Assembly (NCBI GenBank): GCA_001662655.1
Contig: KV460249.1
Length of the DNA: 64,000 nt
DNA from: Pseudogymnoascus verrucosus
Taxonomy: Eukaryota
Reading direction: 5' to 3' (one strand)
The position numbers and the translations under genes were made by a program. The notes below the pieces were generated by a model. It did not search any database, was not told where the DNA came from, and saw only the letters and a list, made by a program, of their open reading frames with translations. This document shows, in pieces, positions 58,654-64,000 of this stretch. Each line of letters begins with the position of its first letter. Position 1 is the stretch's first letter.

Positions 58654-60489
58654 ATGGATACCCAGCGACCGCCGAAGAAACCGGCGAGGGTGTATGGGAA
58701 GAAGAAGCAAGTCTCCAAAAGCGCGGGGATATTTTTGCAGGATTCGTCGCCGGCGCCGAGGAAGGTGGGGGAGGTGGAGATAGAGAAGACGGCGGAGGAG
58801 GCGGTGGATGAGAAACTTGAGGAGGAGGGGAAGGATAGCAAAGATGCTGTAGGGATCGAGAAGCCCGCAACTGAAAGCCAGAAGATGGGCTCGCCAAAGA
58901 AGAGCGGTGATACCAGCGCAACACCTGCCCCAGAGACAGCGACGACTACGAACGCGAAATCGAAAAAACCGAAGAGCTCACGGAAGAAAAAGGAGGCAAA
59001 AGAACAAAAGACAGTGGATAATGGAGAAACCCAGCCAGCCGCCGCCGGGCACAGCGAATCCAAACCACCCAAACCGCAACCACAACCCCCGACAAAATCA
59101 AAACCCCCCTCCTCCGACACAGAAGCTCTGGCAGATCTAACACACACCCTCAACGCCCTCCAACTCACCCCCGCCTCCCCTCTCCCCCACCCCGCACCAC
59201 CAAAACACCAACGCACCCGCCGTCCCCGCCCCTCCACCACCCCCTCCCCCACCACAAAACCCCCATCAACCTCAAAACCCCCCACCAACTCCCCCCCCCC
59301 ACCCGCCTGGCTCGCCCCCCTCCCCTCCCCACTCCCCTGGTCCCACCTCCTCTCCCCCTCCTGGCCCCTAACCAAACTCACCGAGTCCTCCTACGCCGAG
59401 ATCTACACCCTCCACAACCCCTCCGGCTCCTCCATCCTCAAGATCCTCGCTCTGCGTCCTCCGCGCGGGCCGGGGAGTAGGAGGGAGACAGCTTGTAAAG
59501 TCGAGGATGTGCTTAGTGAAGTTGCGATCTTGGATTTAGTCACCGATGTCGCAGGGTTCGTGGTGTTTCGCGGTGTGTTTGTCGCCAAGGGTGGTGTGCC
59601 GAGTGGTGTTGTTAAGGCGTGGGAGGGGTGGAATGATAAACCCCCCGGTGCTGACGCTACTGCTGAGGAAAGCGAGTCCTGGGACTTAGGATACGGACGG
59701 AGTGCGTTTCCGCACCCGTCGAAGTATCATAAGGATCAGTTATTCTTGGTGCTGGAGCTGGGAGATGCGGGGAAGGATTTAGAGCACTTCAACTTGACGA
59801 CGAGGGAGGAGCTGTGGGATGTTTTTTTGGGAACGGTGGGGGCGCTGGCGACGGGGGAGGAGCTGTTTGGGTTCGAGCATAGGGATTTGCATGAGGGGAA
59901 TATATGTCTTCGTCGCGCTGGGCCTTCTTCTCGAATACCCACGGCGACTGCGACTTTGTCAACATCCGCATCTGAGCTCCGCGGCGGATTCTCGGGACTG
60001 GAAATCACTTTACTGGATTACACCCTCTCTCGCGCGATGACGGAGGAGGGAAAAACACTATTCCTCGACCTCGACGACCCCGAAAACGCCGCTCTCTTCG
60101 AGGACTGCGAACCAGGCACGAAAGAGCAGGAGCGGAAACAACGGCGCGTCTACTACGCTATGCGCGAACATGTCATCGCTCAAGAACTCCTCCTTACTGG
60201 TGCGTTACAACAACAAACGGGGAAGGGAGAAGAAAGCAGATGGGCGAAACACCACCCCTTCACGAATGTCCTTTGGCTGGCTTATGTGCTGGAATACAGT
60301 ATTTCGCATTTTGAAGGGCCGAAGGGGGAGTTGAAATTGTTTGAGGGGGAGATTAGGGATGTTAGGATGAGGTTGCGGGAGGGGAAAGGGGGGGGTGGGT
60401 GGGGGAGCGTTGCGGAGGTTAGGGAGGAGGTTTGGGGACGGGGGTGGGTGGAGTTGGAAGAGGAAGAGTGGGAGGGGGAGGGGCAGTGA
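58654..60489 (+). CDS. Haspin-family atypical protein kinase
   Basis: VYGKK N-terminus, disordered linker, KLTESSYAEIY, FEHRDLHEGNI, LLDYTLSR and FTNVLWL. Confidence 0.9.
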   Translation: MDTQRPPKKPARVYGKKKQVSKSAGIFLQDSSPAPRKVGEVEIEKTAEEAVDEKLEEEGKDSKDAVGIEKPATESQKMGSPKKSGDTSATPAPETATTTNAKSKKPKSSRKKKEAKEQKTVDNGETQPAAAGHSESKPPKPQPQPPTKSKPPSSDTEALADLTHTLNALQLTPASPLPHPAPPKHQRTRRPRPSTTPSPTTKPPSTSKPPTNSPPPPAWLAPLPSPLPWSHLLSPSWPLTKLTESSYAEIYTLHNPSGSSILKILALRPPRGPGSRRETACKVEDVLSEVAILDLVTDVAGFVVFRGVFVAKGGVPSGVVKAWEGWNDKPPGADATAEESESWDLGYGRSAFPHPSKYHKDQLFLVLELGDAGKDLEHFNLTTREELWDVFLGTVGALATGEELFGFEHRDLHEGNICLRRAGPSSRIPTATATLSTSASELRGGFSGLEITLLDYTLSRAMTEEGKTLFLDLDDPENAALFEDCEPGTKEQERKQRRVYYAMREHVIAQELLLTGALQQQTGKGEESRWAKHHPFTNVLWLAYVLEYSISHFEGPKGELKLFEGEIRDVRMRLREGKGGGGWGSVAEVREEVWGRGWVELEEEEWEGEGQ

Positions 60490-61057
60490 TGCATAGGTGG
60501 GGAGGAAATCGAAGATTAAAGTTTCTGAGATGGGAATACGCACCCCACAATGTGCTTGGCACACATACACGCTGGGTCGACGCATCTGCAGCGCGGGTAT
60601 CCCGCACAAGCCTTGCGACGTCCGTGCGGGAGATAACGACGTGCGGCGCGCGGTTAATACCCATGACGGAGTGGGAAGTCGTGACGAGCGGGGAGAAGGA
60701 TGCGGTATGCTTGGATGCAACCAGGAGAGAGAGAGTGGTTAGAAGGGATTCCAGATAGAAGAGGTGTACCAAGGGGAACCTCGAGAGACGTAGGGACGTC
60801 GGGACCAGGGGAGGAGAAGGGCGAGCGAGTATGATAGAAAGGAGGGATACAGACCTTGTGAATTGGAGTTCGGGGCATAGCATACACAGCGGGGATAGAT
60901 ACCACACCACATATACACATAAACAGCATTACAATCCTTCACTCCAACCACAATCATAAATCATAGTCACAACCAAAGCCAACATCAAAAAAAGGTTATT
61001 TCAATTCATTCGCAACCCTACACCCCCATCACCAGGGACAAACAGGTATCATCCACT

Positions 61058-62095
61058 CTAGTAGTTGCTATCATTGTTGTTGTTGTTACCCCCGCTCCTT
61101 CCCAAGAAACCAGTCGCCGTATCAACAAGCTTATCCACCGTCGACGATCCCGAGTTGTTGTTTCCCGAGCCGTAGGAATCGTTGTTGTTGTTGTTGCTGG
61201 ATCCGTAAGAATCGCTGCTGTTGTTGTTGTTGCCCGAGGAGCGGGTGTTAGACGAGCCGTAGGAATCGTCGTCGTTGGAGTTCTTGTTGGACGAGCCGTA
61301 GCTGTCGGTGTTGCCCGAGGAGCCGTAGCTGTCGGAGGAGTTCTTGTTGGAGGAGCCGTAGGAGTCGGTGTTCGAGGAGCTCTTGTTGGAGGAGCCGTAG
61401 GAGTCGTCGTTGTCGTTGGAGTTCTTGTTGGACGAGCCGTAGCTGTCGGTGTTGCCCGAGGAGCCGTAGCTGTCGGAGGAGTTCTTGTTGGAGGAGCCGT
61501 AGGTGTCGGACGAGTTCTTGTTAGACGAGCCGTAGGTGTCGTTGTCGTTAGAGGAGCTCTTGTTAGAGGAGCCGTACGAGTCGTTGTTGTCGCCGCGGCT
61601 GTTGCCAGACGAGCCGTAGCTGTCAGTGTTGCCGGAGGACTTGTTAGAGGAGCCGTACGAGTCGTCGTCGTTGGAGTTCTTGTTAGAGGAGCCGTAGCTA
61701 TCGTTGTTGTCGCTGCTGCGGGTGTTGGAGGAGCCGTAGGAGTCGTTGTTGTCGCTGCTACGGGTGTTGGACGAGCCGTAGCTGTCGTTGTTGGAGGAGT
61801 TGTTGTTGGAGGACTGGAGGAGTTAGTGGGTGGTGAAGAGGGTAATGGAGGGGATGGGGGGCTTACGCCGTAGGAGTCGTCTCCGCCACGGGTGTTGGAG
61901 GACTGGGTGGGGTGTTAGTTTGGGTTGGGGGTGGTGCAGCTGCTGAGGGGAACAGCAGCTGGATGGGGGTTGAGGAGGCTTACGCCGTAGCTCTGGGAAA
62001 GGAGTGTTAGGTCGACAGGACTAATGAGAAGAGGAGGGGGCGAGGCCAGGGAGGAGAAGACTTACGTCGTTGTTGTCGTTACCGTATCCAGACAT
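61058..62095 (-). CDS. Ser/Asn/Gly/Asp-rich DSYGSS-repeat hydrophilin-like protein (~276 aa, 4 exons)
   Basis: Exons 62095-62066, 61992-61984, 61902-61867 and 61813-61058, joined by phase-0 GTAAG..CAG introns. About 20 [S/T/G]YG repeats. C-terminus STVDKLVDTATGFLGR..NY*. Confidence 0.85.
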
Positions 62096-62239
62096 GATGA
62101 AGGATGTTTATATGAATTGGGAGGGAGTGGTTGAAGATTGGAGATTGGTATATGGAGATTGTAGAATTGAGAAAGTATCGAGGAACCAAAGAAAGGGGAC
62201 TCGAGACGGGGGAAGGAGAAGGCTTATACTTATACCTCT

Positions 62240-62510
62240 CTCCCCCTCCTCCCACCTACCTCTCACCTACCTCTAACCTCCCACCTCCCACCTCCCCCCT
62301 TCGGACCCCCAAGGTCACTCACTCACTTGTGGCTAGCTACCACCCTCGGGGCGGGGCAAGCTGAGATGACGAGTCCCTCTCCCCCCAAGCTACACAAAAC
62401 GTAGTTGCGTCATGACCTCTCCCATCCCCCCGCCGATTGAGTCGTGCTCCTGAGGGGGTTCACCATAGAGGGGTAAACTTCGTGCTCCCCCCCGTCCTCC
62501 CACCCCCTCG
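62240..62510. promoter_or_regulatory. Cluster of STRE-like CCCCT/AGGGG motifs upstream of the SYG-repeat gene
   Basis: At least five occurrences, but the region is generally C/G-run rich. Confidence 0.3.
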
Positions 62511-64000
62511 GCCTCGCCGCCACCATTGGCCAGCTAGCTGCGGATGATAGGGAGCCAGAGCAAGGCTTGTCTCAGTCGGATCCATGGGACCGTGGCGGAG
62601 GGGAGGAGCGGATCGTGAAGATGGGAGTGGATAGCTTGGAGCTTGTATGGATCGGGGGAGGGGGAGGGGGAGGGGGATGGCGTGCGTCTGGCGTGCCTTG
62701 GATCTTGGTTTTAGTTTCTGGTCTGTCTGGTCTTCAGTTGCGCAATGCGGGAGTGAGGTAGATGGATTGGATGGGTGCGTATGTAGCCTTGCTGTGGTGG
62801 TGGTCTAGTTTCGTGGTACTATGGATGGTGCTGCTCGGTAGTGTAGAGTATTGTAGAGTAGTGTAGCTTCGAATGATCCGCGGCAGGATAGGATGAGGGA
62901 CGGAGATGTGCCCGGACATGCGTCGACGTACATCATCGGCGGCCAGCCATAGGAGGGTACTGCGGGAGGACATGTGGGACGGGGCGTGTTGGTGGTGGTT
63001 GGAGGTGCAAATGCCTCATACTATCTAGGTTGTCGTCGATGTATTGTGGTTGTACCTTGTGATGTTCTTTCTCCCTCCGTGTCTCCACATGGCCAGTAAT
63101 GAAGCTTCTTTGTGGTTTTTGGTGGTTCAGTAGTTTCCGTATGTGGGGTAGATAGGCCGAGACCTGGTGGGAAGAGGTGGGATGAGGTGGAAGGGAAGGG
63201 AAGGGAAGGTACGAAGTTAGCGAGTAGTGGTAGAGGTAGAGTACCTCGATCCTGCATTCAGCTCGACAGGGCGATGGAAGTACAGGAGGGGTGATTGAGC
63301 TGTGCATGGTTAGATGATGGTGGGATGAAGCATGGTGGGATGGATTGGAGGGGAGTCGTGACTGGCCTGAATAGGCAATTGTGATGCATGGTGATGGTAG
63401 AGATGATGAGATGATGTCGTGCTATTGTATGTGAATTATATCTCTATGTTTATTTATCTGTATACACTGGGGATGAGTAGAGAGTATGGTATTATTGTTG
63501 CTATTGCTCCTACTCTCCCTTATCTAACCGACCTATTTACCCCTCCATCCTCCACCACCAAAAAAAGGTACGCGTCCTCCATACTACTGGCCCCATACTA
63601 TACTAAGTACTTTACTCAGCCACAGCCACAACAATAAACCCCCTTCCTTCCCTTTCCCATCTTTTACCCCTCCCCCTAACCATCCCATCCCATCCCATCC
63701 CGCCCCAGTAGATCCCACAAGGGAAAAAACAAGCTCAAACCCCCGAACCAGGAAATCAATATCATACGATAGTAGGACACAGTAGTCTATACTAACTACT
63801 CTAGTGGCCCCCATCTAATAGACCTGACCAGATACAGCAGCGTAGTATCCGCAACCCTGAACAGCTGCTATGTCCATCTCGCATCCATAACTCGCATCTA
63901 TGCCTGCATCCATATCTCCCCTCCATTCTCCATACGTCCATCTACATATCCCATCCATCCCACACATATCCATACATCCACATAACCAGCCATGCTAACC

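Noticed and set aside
61150..61800. Regular GAGCCGTAG repeats with variable spacers resembling a CRISPR array
   Set aside because: Fungal DNA, repeats are only ~9 bp, spacers are multiples of 3, and the minus strand encodes SYGS repeats.
62560..64000. Short ORFs and CATCC/GGATG microsatellite-like runs
   Set aside because: Low-complexity intergenic sequence with no supportable coding or RNA feature.

Overview
Eukaryotic, filamentous ascomycete genomic DNA. Evidence: short GT-AG introns with CTAAC branch sites and heavy RIP-type CpA>TpA mutation in repeats. A Leotiomycete such as Pseudogymnoascus is plausible but unconfirmed. The first 14.5 kb is a RIP-degenerated transposon graveyard. It holds two oppositely oriented Ty3/Gypsy chromovirus copies, three 529-bp-class LTRs, the 3' tail of a disrupted paralog of the gene at 18.6-20.5 kb, and a decayed DUF3435 tyrosine recombinase (Starship captain-like) with candidate TTAC boundaries. 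The remainder is gene-rich. In order: CCDC47/DUF1682 protein, tRNA-Ala(AGC), hypothetical protein, F-box protein, frameshifted kinase, carboxylesterase, nested non-autonomous TIR elements, Pth11-like protein, MFS transporter, aldehyde dehydrogenase, prodomain-less metacaspase, DUF4246 pseudogene, orphan ORF, GH55-SGNH fusion, sugar porter, DUF1996 protein, HET protein with a frameshifted ankyrin neighbour, haspin kinase, and an SYG-repeat protein absent from the ORF track. Most interesting: (1) an antisense Cys6-zinc/coiled-coil ORF in the Gypsy element together with a phased GGYRCC array in its LTR, (2) a possible cargo-less mini-Starship, (3) the GH55-SGNH fusion, (4) the HET/ANK pair, and (5) the SYG-repeat gene. 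All family calls come from motif recognition by eye; no searches were run.
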